A program made the translations under genes and the position numbers. This document shows positions 18,855 to 30,175 of a stretch of DNA of 64,000 bases, piece after piece; the first letter of the stretch is position 1, and each line of letters opens with the position of its first letter. A model generated the notes under the pieces. It did no database searches. It was not told where the DNA came from and saw only the letters and a program-made list of their open reading frames with translations. Source of the DNA: a virus (taxonomy: Duplodnaviria > Heunggongvirae > Uroviricota > Caudoviricetes); the IMG/VR virus record IMGVR_UViG_2908567220_000002, positions 32,001-96,000 of that record; one strand, 5' to 3'.

Positions 18855-19052
18855 TAACCGCAGCACGTTCCTGCATACGACGTGTCTGCGGCATAATCCC
18901 AATGATTACTCCCTGACAGGATTTGCAGGCCACTCAATATCAGGTACAGTTGATGTATCAACACGATTCAACAATACCCGATATTTATTCCATGCCTCCA
19001 GCAACGATCTTTCTTCCTCCGTTGCGATTTCCAGATCTACAGCATCCTGCAG
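18855..19052. repeat. direct repeat copy 1 (tfa 3-prime end plus downstream hairpin)
   Basis: about 90 percent identical by eye to 19905..20087. Confidence 0.6.
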
Positions 19053-19175
19053 TGGCGCAATATACTCACTGAATTCCTGGATGTAGAACTGTGTGGTGAC
19101 GGTCTTCCAGCCATTCGGCTCCTGCTGTATCGAAGCATACCAGGCTATTTCAATATCGCTATGCTGCGGCAGCAT
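18906..19175 (-). pseudogene. tfa: tail fibre assembly protein Tfa, C-terminal fragment
   Basis: 89 aa ORF ending ...[28 protein letters not shown]; lacks Tfa N-terminal half. Confidence 0.55.
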
Positions 19176-19231
19176 TTAACCCCTTGTAATTCATCGCCAT
19201 AATTGATTTAATTCACAAATAAAACTATAAC

Positions 19232-19900
19232 ATGGTGAAATCAATGAAAAAAAACACAGATGATGGGGCTAAAATTTACACACCACTTACCCTAAAGCTT
19301 TATGACTGGTGGGTTTTGGGAGTATCAAATCGGCTTGCATGGGGATGTCCTACAAAGGAACACCTTCTTCCACACTTTCTGGAACATGTAGGTAACAACC
19401 ATCTGGATATTGGTGTTGGAACTGGGTTTTACCTTACTCACGTACCTGAGAGTAGTCTGATATCTTTAATGGATTTGAACGAAGCTAGCCTGAACGCGGC
19501 ATCTACAAGGGCTGGGGAATCAAAAATTAAACATAAAATTAGCCATGATGTTTTTGAACCTTATCCCGCGGCGTTACATGGTCAATTTGATTCCATTTCC
19601 ATGTTTTACCTTCTTCACTGCCTGCCTGGAAATATATCTACAAAAAGCTGTGTAATACGCAATGCGGCGCAGGCCTTAACTGACGATGGAACTCTATACG
19701 GAGCCACAATTCTTGGCGATGGAGTTGTGCACAATAGCTTCGGTCAAAAACTGATGCGCATTTACAATCAGAAAGGCATCTTTTCAAACACAAAAGATTC
19801 CGAAGAAGGCTTAACACATATACTCTCAGAGCATTTCGAGAATGTTAAAACCAAGGTTCAAGGTACTGTAGTAATGTTTTCCGCTTCAGGGAAAAAATAG
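19232..19900 (+). CDS. class I SAM-dependent methyltransferase
   Basis: 222 aa; motif I LDIGVGTGFY, acidic post-I LMDLNE, motif II-like DSISMFYLLHCLP; lies between duplicated tfa fragments. Confidence 0.7.
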   Translation: MVKSMKKNTDDGAKIYTPLTLKLYDWWVLGVSNRLAWGCPTKEHLLPHFLEHVGNNHLDIGVGTGFYLTHVPESSLISLMDLNEASLNAASTRAGESKIKHKISHDVFEPYPAALHGQFDSISMFYLLHCLPGNISTKSCVIRNAAQALTDDGTLYGATILGDGVVHNSFGQKLMRIYNQKGIFSNTKDSEEGLTHILSEHFENVKTKVQGTVVMFSASGKK

Positions 19901-19904
19901 CATC

Positions 19905-20087
19905 CAACCGCAGCACGTTCTTGCTTAAGACGTGCTGCGGCATAATCCCAATGATTACTCCCTGACAGGATTTGCAGGCCACTCAATATCAGGTGCAGTT
20001 GATGTATCAACACGGTTCAGCAACACCCGATACTTTTTCCAGGCTTCCAGCAATGAGGTTTCTTCCTCCGTTGCGATTTCCAGCTCA
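19905..20087. repeat. direct repeat copy 2 (tfa 3-prime end plus terminator hairpin)
   Basis: matches 18855..19052; contains CAGCACGTtcttgcttaagACGTGCTG hairpin with T-run on minus strand. Confidence 0.6.
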
Positions 20088-20089
20088 AC
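19955..20089 (-). pseudogene. tfa: tfa 3-prime fragment without start codon
   Basis: in-frame minus-strand translation ...[44 protein letters not shown] directly after stf stop, no initiator Met. Confidence 0.5.
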
Positions 20090-20137
20090 AACAGTCTGAA
20101 CGTACCGGGAACAGCCTCCTTCAGAGCTTGAAGGATA

Positions 20138-23100
20138 TCAATGTTCGCTTCCTGTTAACTGCCGGACAAGTGCAACCAGTTCGCTTACCTGATTTTCCAG
20201 AGTGCTGATCCGGGTGTCTGCTGTTGCCAGATTTTCACGTAGCGTTGTGTTTTCCTCTTCCAGCGCGGTAACGCGATCATCTGTTTCACGGGCGACCTGA
20301 ACAAGTAAACCCGTCACGGCGGCGTAGTCAACATTAAGATAGCGCGTTTCTTCGCGTAGCTCGTTGCCGTCAACGGTCGGGCCTTGCAACTCTTCACCAT
20401 AATGAGTAAACGATCCCACAGCTTCTGGTATCGCCTCCATTACTTCCTGTGCAATAACGCCAGCATAAGGCATCCCGTTTTCCCTGAGCGTGTAGGTGTA
20501 TCCGTTCATTTTACGGATTGCTTTCGTCGCGTCGCTGATAACGAGAATATCGTCTTTAAGGTCGCGGTCTGATGACTGATTCAGCGTTGTGCAATTAATA
20601 GCGCCATTTACATCAAACAACTGGCCTGCTGACGTTTTTTGCGCATAAAACAGATACGCAGCAGACGTTCCAACCTCAAAAACGTTTTGTCGAGTACTGG
20701 AACCCCACACCCTGACAGAAAACGGCAGTTCTGCATTGCCTGAGTTCTGTAAAACAAAACGATTACCAGTCCCTGATTGCTTTGTAAGGGTTAAATCAAC
20801 GGTTGAGTTAACCTCATTCTTGTTGATAGTGAGCGCCTGCGCTGTAGCCCCGTTAACAGCACCTGTTTTGAGTTGAACCGCGCCGTCATTACCATTTAAC
20901 AGTATCTCAGCTCCGCTAAAGAAATTTTTTAGCGACAGCATCTTACTTACGCCGACTGATGAACCCAACGCCCACGCGAGAGAATTACCGGTGCTATCAA
21001 ACCCACGTACAAAGCAATCCATTTTGCTATAGTCTGACGTGCTTCCAAGGACATCAATTCGCCCTCCGCCAGATTTTACCGGACTAGATGTGGTTAACGA
21101 CCTGACAGTTATATCCTGATTCCATCCGGAAACAACAACCTGACTCCACGCTGTCCAGTTTCCATTAACAACAAAGCGAACGTATATACGTTTTGTGTCG
21201 CTGTTAATCAGCGTTTGCATGTTCGCATAATCTGAATCCCTAACCTTACGAGTCGACTCTACACGGAGCAAAAAGTTACCGGTTACACCGTCAGGCTTGT
21301 TGGTGATATTTGCACCACCTCCAGAGGATGGACAACTATAGTATTTAACCGCCCCGGCATCTGACCTGATGGTCAGGTTGTTAAGATCAACCTTCTGGCC
21401 GCCAATGTTTTCAGGCTCGATGGCTCCTGCTATCCCGGCACTGAACGTAGCAGCGGCTGAAAACGCTGTCGTACCTTTGAAAGCCAGTTGACCACCAATC
21501 GTTAATCCCTTGTCGAGTTTCGCTTGCGTGATCAATTTGCTGTTTTGTTTCTGATCAGGACTCTCGCCAAAAGCCAGATCCCCATTAGTATCAATTCCAA
21601 GATACTTTTGGTTCACGTTGTCTAACTTAAACCCAATGGACACATTTTCAGAAGAACCGGAACGCGTTAAAACCAACGGCGTGTGCTGTACTCCATAGAT
21701 GCTGAGCGTAGTTGCCGATGAGTCAGTGTCGGTATTTGCAATCTCAATCGTTCTGCTTTTAATTTTATACGCTACTGTGAGATCACGGACTTCAACCCTC
21801 CCGTCGTGACGAACAACAAGATCCCCTCCTGATGTCCCCCCTGCTGTCTTTGCCCTGATGCGAACTTCGCCAAGCGAATCAGTGTTAGGACCAGCATAGA
21901 TTATGCCGCGCTCTGTGTTATCGCCAGTATAAAACCGCAAAGCGGTGACTCCACTGTCTGCCCGCAGGAAGACTGACGGTGTACCTTTTTTGATTGTCAA
22001 GTCACCGGTCATTGTATCGCCGGTTTTTTTTACCTGCGCATCGTTCGTTACGTTGCCAAGTCCAACATCCGATTTCGACGGCTTGTTTGCCGAGCCGTAT
22101 AGCTCATTGACGCTAAAAGTCCCGTTGTTAAGCCGGGCATCGGTGCCGGCATAGATCTTAATCTTCGCGGTTGAGTAGTCGATATTGATCGCTGACCACG
22201 TATCGCCGCACCGCGAGAATATACCAGAACCGTGGCTATAAATGGTCGCCGTGCTTCCGGTCGGCTTATCACCGCGCCAGAAATGACCACCTTTGTCACG
22301 CAGAGCTTTTAAGATCTCTACATCGCTCATCTTGCCGTTTGTTGATATCCCGCTACCGCCAAGACCGAAAGCGCCTGTAAGCATAGCATTAGAAAGACCC
22401 AAATCTGCTTTAGTCGGCTTGTTTAACTGGTCGTAAATCCTTACAACGGGGCTTTCAACATATCCAGAAGGCGCGGCGGTTTGCTTAACAAATCCGTCTG
22501 GAATGTATAATTCCGTGCGTGCCGTCTGCGCCAGTACCGCAACCTTTGCGCCGTTGATAAATGCGCGCTGGAAGGCCCAAACCTCAATAAAGCCATCACC
22601 TTTAACCAGGCCGTAACGCATCTGGTTGTTATCGGTCAGCCCGGTTGACCCTAAGCGGCGTATACTCAGATGACGAGAAACATTATCCGCACTAAGCAAA
22701 GAAGGCATACCGCGCGCCGAGATCTCGATAAAGTCAATGTTTCCGTAAGGGGAGCCGTAGTTACCAGCGTTAGTAACCATTAGCGTTACATGGCAATTGC
22801 CGCTTCCGGGATCGGAAAGTTTCGCGATCTTTATGTAAAAAGACTCATTACCAGTAACAACGGGCCAATCGTATTGCGTCATCGGGCTGACGAGTCCCCC
22901 GACCTTGTCGAGATATTCTTTCGCCTTGTTCTCTGACGCTTTAGCGTTGGTTTCGCTGACCTTTGCTGCTGCCTCACTATTTTTCGCGTTGGTTTCTGAT
23001 TTTTTGGCTGCTGTCGCGGAGTTTGCCGATGCAGTTTGTGAGTCTGCTGCCGCCTGTGCGCTGTTATCCGCATTCGTCTCAGACGTTTTTGCGGCCTTCG

Positions 23101-23917
23101 CGGAATTTCCTGCCGCCGTTGCCGAGGAAGCTGCACTACTGGCACTTGATGATGCGTTCGTTTCTGATGATTTCGCTGCCTCTTTTGAGGCCGCCGCATC
23201 CCGGGATGAGGTGGCAGCTTCTGACGCTTTCGTGGTCGCGGTGGATGCAGAAGTGGCTGCAGATTTTTGTGACGCTGCAGCATTCGTTTCTGACGTTTTC
23301 GCCGCACCGGCACTGGTGGCTGCCGCGCTTTTTGAAGACTCTGCGGCGGCAGCACTTTTTAATGCTTCAGTGGCCTTTGTTGATGCCGTTCCTGCGCTGG
23401 AAAAAGCCTCCTGAGCCGACGTCGCGGCCTGTCCGGCTGACGTTCTGGCTGCGCGTGCTGAGTCTGCAGCATCAGTCGCATGGGTTGCCGCCTCACGGGC
23501 TGATGTGCCGGCATCGCTGGCTGACTTCTTCGCGGCTGCCGTGTTCTGTGCCACTGCGGACGCGTTACGCGCCACCTCTGCCACCATCAGTTCAAAGCGG
23601 CGCAGTGCCTCCGGACGGGCATCATCCTCCGTCATGGCACCGAGAAAATCATTCAGCGTACCCGGTTGTGAGTCTTCATACACGGTGATGGTCCCGGCAT
23701 GCGATGGCGGGAAGCCTTCCACCAACAGAATAACGCTGTACTGACCGTACTCAACGTCCATGCTGTAACGCCCTGCTTCATCCGGATTTTCAGATGCCAC
23801 CGTGTTCACCACCACCGTGGTGCTGTTACGTTTTGCTTTCAGCTGGATTGTGCAGTTCTGTACCGGTTTACCTGCACCGTCTTTCAGTACACCTGAAATC
23901 TTTACTGCCATATTCAC
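20138..23917 (-). CDS. stf: side tail fibre protein with C-terminal intramolecular chaperone (S74-like) domain
   Basis: 1259 aa; N-terminus MAVKISGVLKDGAGKPVQNCTIQLKA... matches lambda Stf; Ala/Ser-rich repeats; C-terminal DLKDDI...NGYTYTLRENG... chaperone-like region. Confidence 0.85.
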   Translation of the reverse strand: MNMAVKISGVLKDGAGKPVQNCTIQLKAKRNSTTVVVNTVASENPDEAGRYSMDVEYGQYSVILLVEGFPPSHAGTITVYEDSQPGTLNDFLGAMTEDDARPEALRRFELMVAEVARNASAVAQNTAAAKKSASDAGTSAREAATHATDAADSARAARTSAGQAATSAQEAFSSAGTASTKATEALKSAAAAESSKSAAATSAGAAKTSETNAAASQKSAATSASTATTKASEAATSSRDAAASKEAAKSSETNASSSASSAASSATAAGNSAKAAKTSETNADNSAQAAADSQTASANSATAAKKSETNAKNSEAAAKVSETNAKASENKAKEYLDKVGGLVSPMTQYDWPVVTGNESFYIKIAKLSDPGSGNCHVTLMVTNAGNYGSPYGNIDFIEISARGMPSLLSADNVSRHLSIRRLGSTGLTDNNQMRYGLVKGDGFIEVWAFQRAFINGAKVAVLAQTARTELYIPDGFVKQTAAPSGYVESPVVRIYDQLNKPTKADLGLSNAMLTGAFGLGGSGISTNGKMSDVEILKALRDKGGHFWRGDKPTGSTATIYSHGSGIFSRCGDTWSAINIDYSTAKIKIYAGTDARLNNGTFSVNELYGSANKPSKSDVGLGNVTNDAQVKKTGDTMTGDLTIKKGTPSVFLRADSGVTALRFYTGDNTERGIIYAGPNTDSLGEVRIRAKTAGGTSGGDLVVRHDGRVEVRDLTVAYKIKSRTIEIANTDTDSSATTLSIYGVQHTPLVLTRSGSSENVSIGFKLDNVNQKYLGIDTNGDLAFGESPDQKQNSKLITQAKLDKGLTIGGQLAFKGTTAFSAAATFSAGIAGAIEPENIGGQKVDLNNLTIRSDAGAVKYYSCPSSGGGANITNKPDGVTGNFLLRVESTRKVRDSDYANMQTLINSDTKRIYVRFVVNGNWTAWSQVVVSGWNQDITVRSLTTSSPVKSGGGRIDVLGSTSDYSKMDCFVRGFDSTGNSLAWALGSSVGVSKMLSLKNFFSGAEILLNGNDGAVQLKTGAVNGATAQALTINKNEVNSTVDLTLTKQSGTGNRFVLQNSGNAELPFSVRVWGSSTRQNVFEVGTSAAYLFYAQKTSAGQLFDVNGAINCTTLNQSSDRDLKDDILVISDATKAIRKMNGYTYTLRENGMPYAGVIAQEVMEAIPEAVGSFTHYGEELQGPTVDGNELREETRYLNVDYAAVTGLLVQVARETDDRVTALEEENTTLRENLATADTRISTLENQVSELVALVRQLTGSEH

Positions 23918-23975
23918 CCCACAAAAAAGCCCGCCTGAACCGGCGGGCTGTCATAACACTGTGTTACCTGGCTAA

Positions 23976-24575
23976 TCAGAACTTATAACCAACACCCACG
24001 ATGAACCCGTCAGTGCGCCAGTCGCCACTGCCGGAGCCTTCATAAGCGACATCAACGGCCACGGATTCGGTCGGGTTAAACTGCACGCCAGCCCCCCACG
24101 CCAGAGACATGTTGCTGTGGCGACCGTCATCACTTCCGGTCAGCACATCGTGCGTTTTCCCCTTGTTGTCAGTTACGCGGAGATAATCCCCGGAGAAAGT
24201 CGACACACGGCTGTAAGCCATACCCGCCATCGCATACGCGCTGAACCATTCATTCACGCGCACAGACGGCCCCGCCATCACGCTGAACCAGCGGTTACGC
24301 ACGGAATCTTCATGCCAGCGGGTATCGCTGTAACGGGTCAGCTGGCGATTCTTGTCTCCTGCATAGCTGAATGACGTCACCAGCCCCAGCGTATCCGTAA
24401 ACTCATAACGGTATTTCACGTTAATCCCGTTCAGATTATCGCTGCCGGGAGCGTTCGTACGGGCATGAAGATACCCTGCGCTCAGTGTGGCCTGCTGCTC
24501 AGACGCCCATGCAGGCGCACCGGATACGGCCAGACAGATGGCTGCGGACAAAATGGCTGCACAAACTTTACGCAT
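23976..24575 (-). CDS. lom: Lom/Ail family outer membrane protein
   Basis: 199 aa with signal peptide and beta-barrel pattern ending GYKF, lambda lom position. Confidence 0.85.
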   Translation of the reverse strand: MRKVCAAILSAAICLAVSGAPAWASEQQATLSAGYLHARTNAPGSDNLNGINVKYRYEFTDTLGLVTSFSYAGDKNRQLTRYSDTRWHEDSVRNRWFSVMAGPSVRVNEWFSAYAMAGMAYSRVSTFSGDYLRVTDNKGKTHDVLTGSDDGRHSNMSLAWGAGVQFNPTESVAVDVAYEGSGSGDWRTDGFIVGVGYKF

Positions 24576-24643
24576 AATTACCTCTCGCTTTTCTGCAATA
24601 AAAAAGGCGCCAGAAATGGCGCCCGCATATGGGTTATGAAAAT

Positions 24644-27600
24644 TCAGCTAATCGTGATACCTGCTGTGGATTTCTTCATCACCACAACCAGCAAATCACT
24701 GATACTGGCTGTGGGATACCAGTCATTTACCAGCCACGCTGATACCGAAAACTCCAGCGTCATGTGACCGCGACCAGCAGGCATATCAATAACACCTGTA
24801 TAAACCAGCGTATTATCCAGCGCGGTACGGTTATAAATTTCAGCACCGTTTTTCTTCACTATCAGGCGGCATGACGAATAAATATCGTTATTCTCCCGCT
24901 CATGTTTAGCGCCACGAAACGCCACCGCGGGAATAACAATCTGCCGGTCAAACGGCTGATCGTCATAAACCCTGACGGTAATGGTCCCTGATGGCCACCG
25001 CTCCGGTGCACGGGAGTCCCGGGGGAAAGCTTTGCCCACTGTTTTAACGAGATCGCCTTCAATCTGGTTCGCAGACAGTTTTCCCAGAACCCGACAGTTT
25101 TCATTTATCGTGACATTGTTGAGCGTCCCGGCGTTCGCATTCACACTGCCACTGATATCCGCATTTTTCGCCGTCAGTCGCCCGTCCGGTGTCAGGGAAA
25201 ATGCCGGTGGATTTCCACCGCTGGTAATGGTGGGGGCCGTCAGGCGTTTCAGGAACACGTCGTTCATGAATATCTGATCGCCCTGACCAACAAACATCGG
25301 TTTTGTGTTGCCATTCGCAGGATTAACCATCGCAATCCTGTCCGCCGCCAGCAGCACCTGACTCTGCATGCCGTCAGGGGTGTTCTCAATACCGGCACCA
25401 ATACCCGCGATATAAAGGCGTCCGTCCTGCATCTGCTGCAGCTTCACAGCCCACATGCTGTTCAGGTTATTATTTGTATCAACCTGAACCTTCTGTATCT
25501 GCTGAATTGCCGCACTCTGGTCTTCCAGTTTCTTATTGACGGTCTGCGTGATTTCATTGCTGACATCCGTAATGGACGTCCTGATTTCAGCCAGGTCAGG
25601 CGCAAGCTGACCGTTATCAATCTGCGTCCACAGCTCCTGAGCCAGATGGGTTTTCCCTATCTCGCCTTTGAAAAAATCCAGATAGCCGGATGCGTCATCA
25701 CTCGGCTGACCAACAGCCTCCACGAATGCCGATTTGCCAACGGTGTTCACACTGCGAACGTAAAAATAATAATTATGGCCCGGTTTGATATTGATACTGG
25801 CGGCTATCCAGTACAACGCCGTACCAAGATAGCGTGCTGTGGTTTCAACCTGCCTGATATCCGCAATCCGCTTTTCCGAGAACCAGAACTCAAACTGTAC
25901 CGTCGGATCATAAACCGCAAGATGCGGCGTGGCGGTTATCTGAAAATAGCCCGGCGTCAGCTCAATCCGCGACGGCGCTGCCGGTGCGGCAATCCGGAAC
26001 GATACCGACGCCGGATCGCCCTGCTGCCCCCACGCATTTACTGCCCGGACTGTCAGCCTGTAGTTCCCCAGAGCCAGTTGTGTGAAGCGGTAAGTGGTTT
26101 CCGTCGTCCGGGCCGTGCTGACCAGCCGCTCACTGCCGTCATCCGCTGCCACGGTCAGGCGAAGCAGGAAGCTCACGCCCTTCACCACCTTCGGCGTGTC
26201 CCAGCGGGCCAGCACCTGGTATTCCCCGCTGTCTGCGGTGACTTCTGCGGTCAGATGCTGCACTGCTGGCGGCGTGACACCATTCACCGTGCCGCTCTGG
26301 TCGCCGTCAAAGTGCGCCCCGTTATCCACGATGGCCTCTTTTTCCGGTACATGCTGCACGGCGGTGATGGCATACGTGCCGTCATCGTTCTCACGGATAC
26401 TCACGCAGCGGAACAGGCGCTGGCGCAGCGTCGGCAGCTTCAGCCCCCATACGCTGTATCCGGCAACGCCGTCAGGAACACGGCTCACTTTTACCTTCAC
26501 GCCGTCGGTGACGGACTGGACCTCCACGCCGACCGGATTGCCACTTCCGTCAACCAGGCTTATCAGCGTGGTACCGGAGGATGGCAGCGTGATTTCACGG
26601 TCGAGCGTCAGCGTCCGGGTCTGGCTGTTCACCGCCAGCACGCGCCCGCCGGTGCTGATACCGGCATAGTCATCATCGCAGATTTCAATGACATCGCCCG
26701 GTACATGGCGAAGCCCTTCAGCACCCACGCTGAAGTCCACGGTCTGCGTTTCCAGCAGCTCCGTTTTAATCAGCCACAGCCCGGCGCGGTGTGCCTGCCC
26801 CCGGCTGGTACAGCCAAAGGCATCCATCTTCGTGACGTTACGACCGTAACGGGCAATGGCCTGCGAGTCCTCCACAAGCTCTGTTGCCGTCTCCCAGCCG
26901 TTATCCGGGTCAATCCAGTTCACTTCAACGGCATTATGGCGGTCTTTCAGGGCGCTGAAGCTGTAGCGGAATGGTGCGCCATCATCCGGCATCACCACAT
27001 TACTGCGGTTATAGGTCCACACCTTATCCGATGGTCGGTCCTGCACGAACGTCAGCGTCTGCCCGTTCCATACCGGCATACAGCGCATCGCCGAGCAGAA
27101 ATCACTGAGCACATCCCACGCCTTACGTTGTGTGGTCAGGTACGCATTACAGGTGATGCGCGGCTCCGTACCGCCAAAGCCGTCCGGCACCGACTGGTCA
27201 CAATGCTGGCCGATGACATACAGCGCCCATTTGTCCACATCCGCCGCACCAAGACGTTTCCCCATGCCGTAGCGCGGATGGGTCAGCATATCCCACAGAC
27301 ACCAGGCCATGTTGTTGCTGTATGCTGGCTTAAACGTTCCGTCCCAGATACCGCTGTATTGCCGCGTCTGCGGGTTATAGTTCGACGGCACCTGCAGAAT
27401 GCGCCCGTGCAGATGATAATTACGGCTCACCTGCTGGCTGCCGAACTGCTCCGAATCCACCTGCACGCCGACCAGTGCCGTGTTCGGGTAGCACTGTTTC
27501 ACATCGATGATTTCGGTGTATGACGACCAGAGCGTTTTGTTCTGCAGCTGGTCTGTGGTGCTGTCCGGCGTCATCCTGCGCATCCGGATATTAAACGGGC

Positions 27601-28123
27601 GCGGCGGCAGGTTACCCACCACCACCGAGGCCAGATACTGCGAGGTGGTTTTGCCCTTAATGGTGATGTCTTTTTCCGTCACCCAGCCACCATTACGCTG
27701 GATCTGAACCAGCAGGCGGACTTCCGACGGATTCCTGTCCCCCTTTGAGGTGGTTTCCACCAGTGCCTGCACGCCGAAGGTAAAACGCAGTCGGTCAATG
27801 TTTGCCGACGTGATGGTCCGGGTGATCGGCGTGTCGTATTTCACTTCCGTACCCAGCACCGTCTCGGAGCCGGAGGATTCAAATCCCTCCGGCGGTGTCT
27901 GCTCCTGCTCACCGGCCCGGAACACCACCGTGACGCCGGAGATGTTGGTATTCCCCTCACTGTCCAGCACCGGCGTACTGTTCAGCAGCACGCTTTTTAA
28001 TCCATCCACCGGACCTTCAATCGGCCCTTCGCTGATGGCATCGATCACACTCAGCAACTGCGTGGACTTCAGGTTGTCCTTCGCTTCGCGCGGAGTATGC
28101 CCCTTACTGCTGCCTTTACCCAT
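24644..28123 (-). CDS. J: tail tip host specificity protein J
   Basis: 1159 aa, N-terminus [24 protein letters not shown]..., lambda J synteny. Confidence 0.9.
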   Translation of the reverse strand: MGKGSSKGHTPREAKDNLKSTQLLSVIDAISEGPIEGPVDGLKSVLLNSTPVLDSEGNTNISGVTVVFRAGEQEQTPPEGFESSGSETVLGTEVKYDTPITRTITSANIDRLRFTFGVQALVETTSKGDRNPSEVRLLVQIQRNGGWVTEKDITIKGKTTSQYLASVVVGNLPPRPFNIRMRRMTPDSTTDQLQNKTLWSSYTEIIDVKQCYPNTALVGVQVDSEQFGSQQVSRNYHLHGRILQVPSNYNPQTRQYSGIWDGTFKPAYSNNMAWCLWDMLTHPRYGMGKRLGAADVDKWALYVIGQHCDQSVPDGFGGTEPRITCNAYLTTQRKAWDVLSDFCSAMRCMPVWNGQTLTFVQDRPSDKVWTYNRSNVVMPDDGAPFRYSFSALKDRHNAVEVNWIDPDNGWETATELVEDSQAIARYGRNVTKMDAFGCTSRGQAHRAGLWLIKTELLETQTVDFSVGAEGLRHVPGDVIEICDDDYAGISTGGRVLAVNSQTRTLTLDREITLPSSGTTLISLVDGSGNPVGVEVQSVTDGVKVKVSRVPDGVAGYSVWGLKLPTLRQRLFRCVSIRENDDGTYAITAVQHVPEKEAIVDNGAHFDGDQSGTVNGVTPPAVQHLTAEVTADSGEYQVLARWDTPKVVKGVSFLLRLTVAADDGSERLVSTARTTETTYRFTQLALGNYRLTVRAVNAWGQQGDPASVSFRIAAPAAPSRIELTPGYFQITATPHLAVYDPTVQFEFWFSEKRIADIRQVETTARYLGTALYWIAASINIKPGHNYYFYVRSVNTVGKSAFVEAVGQPSDDASGYLDFFKGEIGKTHLAQELWTQIDNGQLAPDLAEIRTSITDVSNEITQTVNKKLEDQSAAIQQIQKVQVDTNNNLNSMWAVKLQQMQDGRLYIAGIGAGIENTPDGMQSQVLLAADRIAMVNPANGNTKPMFVGQGDQIFMNDVFLKRLTAPTITSGGNPPAFSLTPDGRLTAKNADISGSVNANAGTLNNVTINENCRVLGKLSANQIEGDLVKTVGKAFPRDSRAPERWPSGTITVRVYDDQPFDRQIVIPAVAFRGAKHERENNDIYSSCRLIVKKNGAEIYNRTALDNTLVYTGVIDMPAGRGHMTLEFSVSAWLVNDWYPTASISDLLVVVMKKSTAGITIS

Positions 28124-28182
28124 TCGTCACGCTCCATAAACGACAAAACCGCCCGCAGGCGGTTTCACATAAACGTTTTTCA

Positions 28183-28830
28183 TCAGCGACCAATCACCAC
28201 AACCTGACCACCATCCCCTTCGTCTGCCGTGCTGATCTCCTGAGAGACCACCTGCGACCCCACGCGCATTTCACCGTACAGAACGGGCAGAACATTGCCC
28301 TGGGCAACCATGTTATCCAGTGAGGAGAAATAGGTGTTCTGTTTGCCGTTATCTGTACTTGCTGCCGTGGGCGTCCTGGCTTTCGGTGCCAGCATCTGCG
28401 CCACTCCGCCAAGGATCATACTGGCCCCCGCAGCATACATGCCCGATAAAGCCGCAGCTCCCAGCCAGCCTGCAGGGTTCCACCACGCCACTGCAATCAG
28501 CGCCGCACCCAGCACCGCCTGAAACACACCGCCACTTTTTGCTCCCGCCAGACGCGGCACGATGTGGATCACGGCACCATTTGCCAGCGGCTCATTAAGA
28601 CGGGCAGACAATTCGGTTTCACCTGCATCACGCCCGGCAATCCGTATCTGATACCAGCCCTCATTCAGTTTCTGACGAAACACCGGGAGCTGTGTGGCCA
28701 GTGCGCGGATGGCTTCAGCCCCCGTTTTCACACGAAGGTCGATGCGGCGGCCAAATCGTTGCAAATCCCCGTAAAGGCAGATGCGTGCCATTCCCGGTGA
28801 CGCCAGAGGGAGTGTGTGCGTCGCTGCCAT
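28183..28830 (-). CDS. I: tail assembly protein I
   Basis: 215 aa, lambda I synteny and similarity. Confidence 0.8.
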   Translation of the reverse strand: MAATHTLPLASPGMARICLYGDLQRFGRRIDLRVKTGAEAIRALATQLPVFRQKLNEGWYQIRIAGRDAGETELSARLNEPLANGAVIHIVPRLAGAKSGGVFQAVLGAALIAVAWWNPAGWLGAAALSGMYAAGASMILGGVAQMLAPKARTPTAASTDNGKQNTYFSSLDNMVAQGNVLPVLYGEMRVGSQVVSQEISTADEGDGGQVVVIGR

Positions 28831-29471
28831 TTGTCGGTGTACCTCTCTCGTTTGCTCAGTTGTTCAGGAATATGGTGCAGCAGCTCGCCGTCACCACAGT
28901 AAATGGCGGCATGATTCGGCACCGATGAACCAAAGCAGCACAGCAGCACATCGCCCGGTTGTGCTGATGACAACGGCACCTGATACAGCCCTGTGGCCTC
29001 CAGATTATCCAGATAGAGATTCTGACCGTGACGCCACCAGTCATCCCCGCGATGAAAATCCGGCATCTCAATCCCCGCCAGATGATAAGCATCCCGGAAC
29101 AGCGTGTAACAGTCCGTCACTCCGTGCTCAAAGCGCCGCCCGGTGAGATGCGGCACACAGCGGAACTTATGAATCGTCCCCCGGCAAACCAGCCACCACG
29201 GCAAATCACTCTGCACCTGCAGCCGCCGGTCGGCCTCACTCAGCCAGGGCAGACCACCGGGGTGGCTGTGGACCAGCGCCACAATCTCACCCTGCATTTC
29301 TGCCCGCAGCCAGTCCTCCGGCGACATCCGGAAATACGCCTCCGGCTCACCGGAGATATTCACGCAGGGAAAATATCTTTCCCCTTCCGGCGTTCTCACC
29401 ACGAAGCCGCACGACTCCGCTGGCGCACATCGCCGGGCGTGCGCCAGAATCGCTGATTCTGTCTGTGTCAT
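28728..29471 (-). CDS. K: tail assembly protein K (NlpC/P60-like)
   Basis: 247 aa, lambda K synteny; overlaps I start as in lambda. Confidence 0.8.
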   Translation of the reverse strand: MTQTESAILAHARRCAPAESCGFVVRTPEGERYFPCVNISGEPEAYFRMSPEDWLRAEMQGEIVALVHSHPGGLPWLSEADRRLQVQSDLPWWLVCRGTIHKFRCVPHLTGRRFEHGVTDCYTLFRDAYHLAGIEMPDFHRGDDWWRHGQNLYLDNLEATGLYQVPLSSAQPGDVLLCCFGSSVPNHAAIYCGDGELLHHIPEQLSKRERYTDKWQRRTHSLWRHREWHASAFTGICNDLAAASTFV

Positions 29472-29476
29472 GGGAT

Positions 29477-30175
29477 TTACTGCGAAAGTTTGTTAATGGA
29501 AAGGAAGCCGCCAAAGTTGCCGACGTTATTGCGAAACTTACAGCCGCTCAGGCATTTGCTGCATTTATCCTTCGTGATATCGGACGTCGGCTGGTCATAT
29601 TCATCCGCGACAGCCGGACCGCTATAACCGCACTCGTCACCGCGATAGGTCCAGGTGCAGGTGTTGGCCAGCATGATACGTCCCGGAAAAACAGCGCCAT
29701 CCGTTTCCGTCGGCGTGGACAGTACAAAGGAGGCACTCACCGCGCTCAGTTCGCTGCACTGCTCAATGCGCCAGCGGCTGATCACCTCCTGCTCCGGATC
29801 GGCGTAACTGTTTCCGTTGACGAAGTTCACCGCATCCAGAAAACGGGCGTAAACCTTACGCCGGACCACCGTTCCGCCGACCAGACTCTGCATATCTTCC
29901 GCCATCCCGGTGACCATACCGTACAGGTTAGAAACCGTCAGCGTGGGGCGCGTACTGGTGCCTTTGCCATTCAGTTCAAAACCGCTCCCCTGAATGGGAT
30001 ACGGCTGATACTGTCGCCCCTGCCAGGTGACCGGCTCACCTTTTTCGTTCTGCTCATTACAGAAAAAATAACGTTCTCCACCGACCTCTGTCAGGTCGAT
30101 TTCCCAGAGCACCACGCTGGCCGACTGCTCCGCACGGGTGCATTCATTCAGTGTTTCCTGCCGGATATCCTGCAT
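29477..30175 (-). CDS. L: minor tail protein L
   Basis: 232 aa, lambda L synteny and similarity. Confidence 0.85.
   Translation of the reverse strand: MQDIRQETLNECTRAEQSASVVLWEIDLTEVGGERYFFCNEQNEKGEPVTWQGRQYQPYPIQGSGFELNGKGTSTRPTLTVSNLYGMVTGMAEDMQSLVGGTVVRRKVYARFLDAVNFVNGNSYADPEQEVISRWRIEQCSELSAVSASFVLSTPTETDGAVFPGRIMLANTCTWTYRGDECGYSGPAVADEYDQPTSDITKDKCSKCLSGCKFRNNVGNFGGFLSINKLSQ

Noticed and set aside
22879-23688. Several overlapping ORFs on both strands (22879..23355, 22905..23414, 22963..23688) within the stf N-terminal region
   Set aside because: Produced by the Ala/Ser-rich repetitive codon usage of the tail fibre gene; the stf frame matches lambda Stf.
25646-27523. 625 aa plus-strand ORF, and the nearby 26094..26669 ORF, inside the J gene region
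   Set aside because: Lies entirely antisense to the well-supported J gene; Arg/His-rich low-complexity translation typical of a shadow ORF in GC-rich coding sequence.
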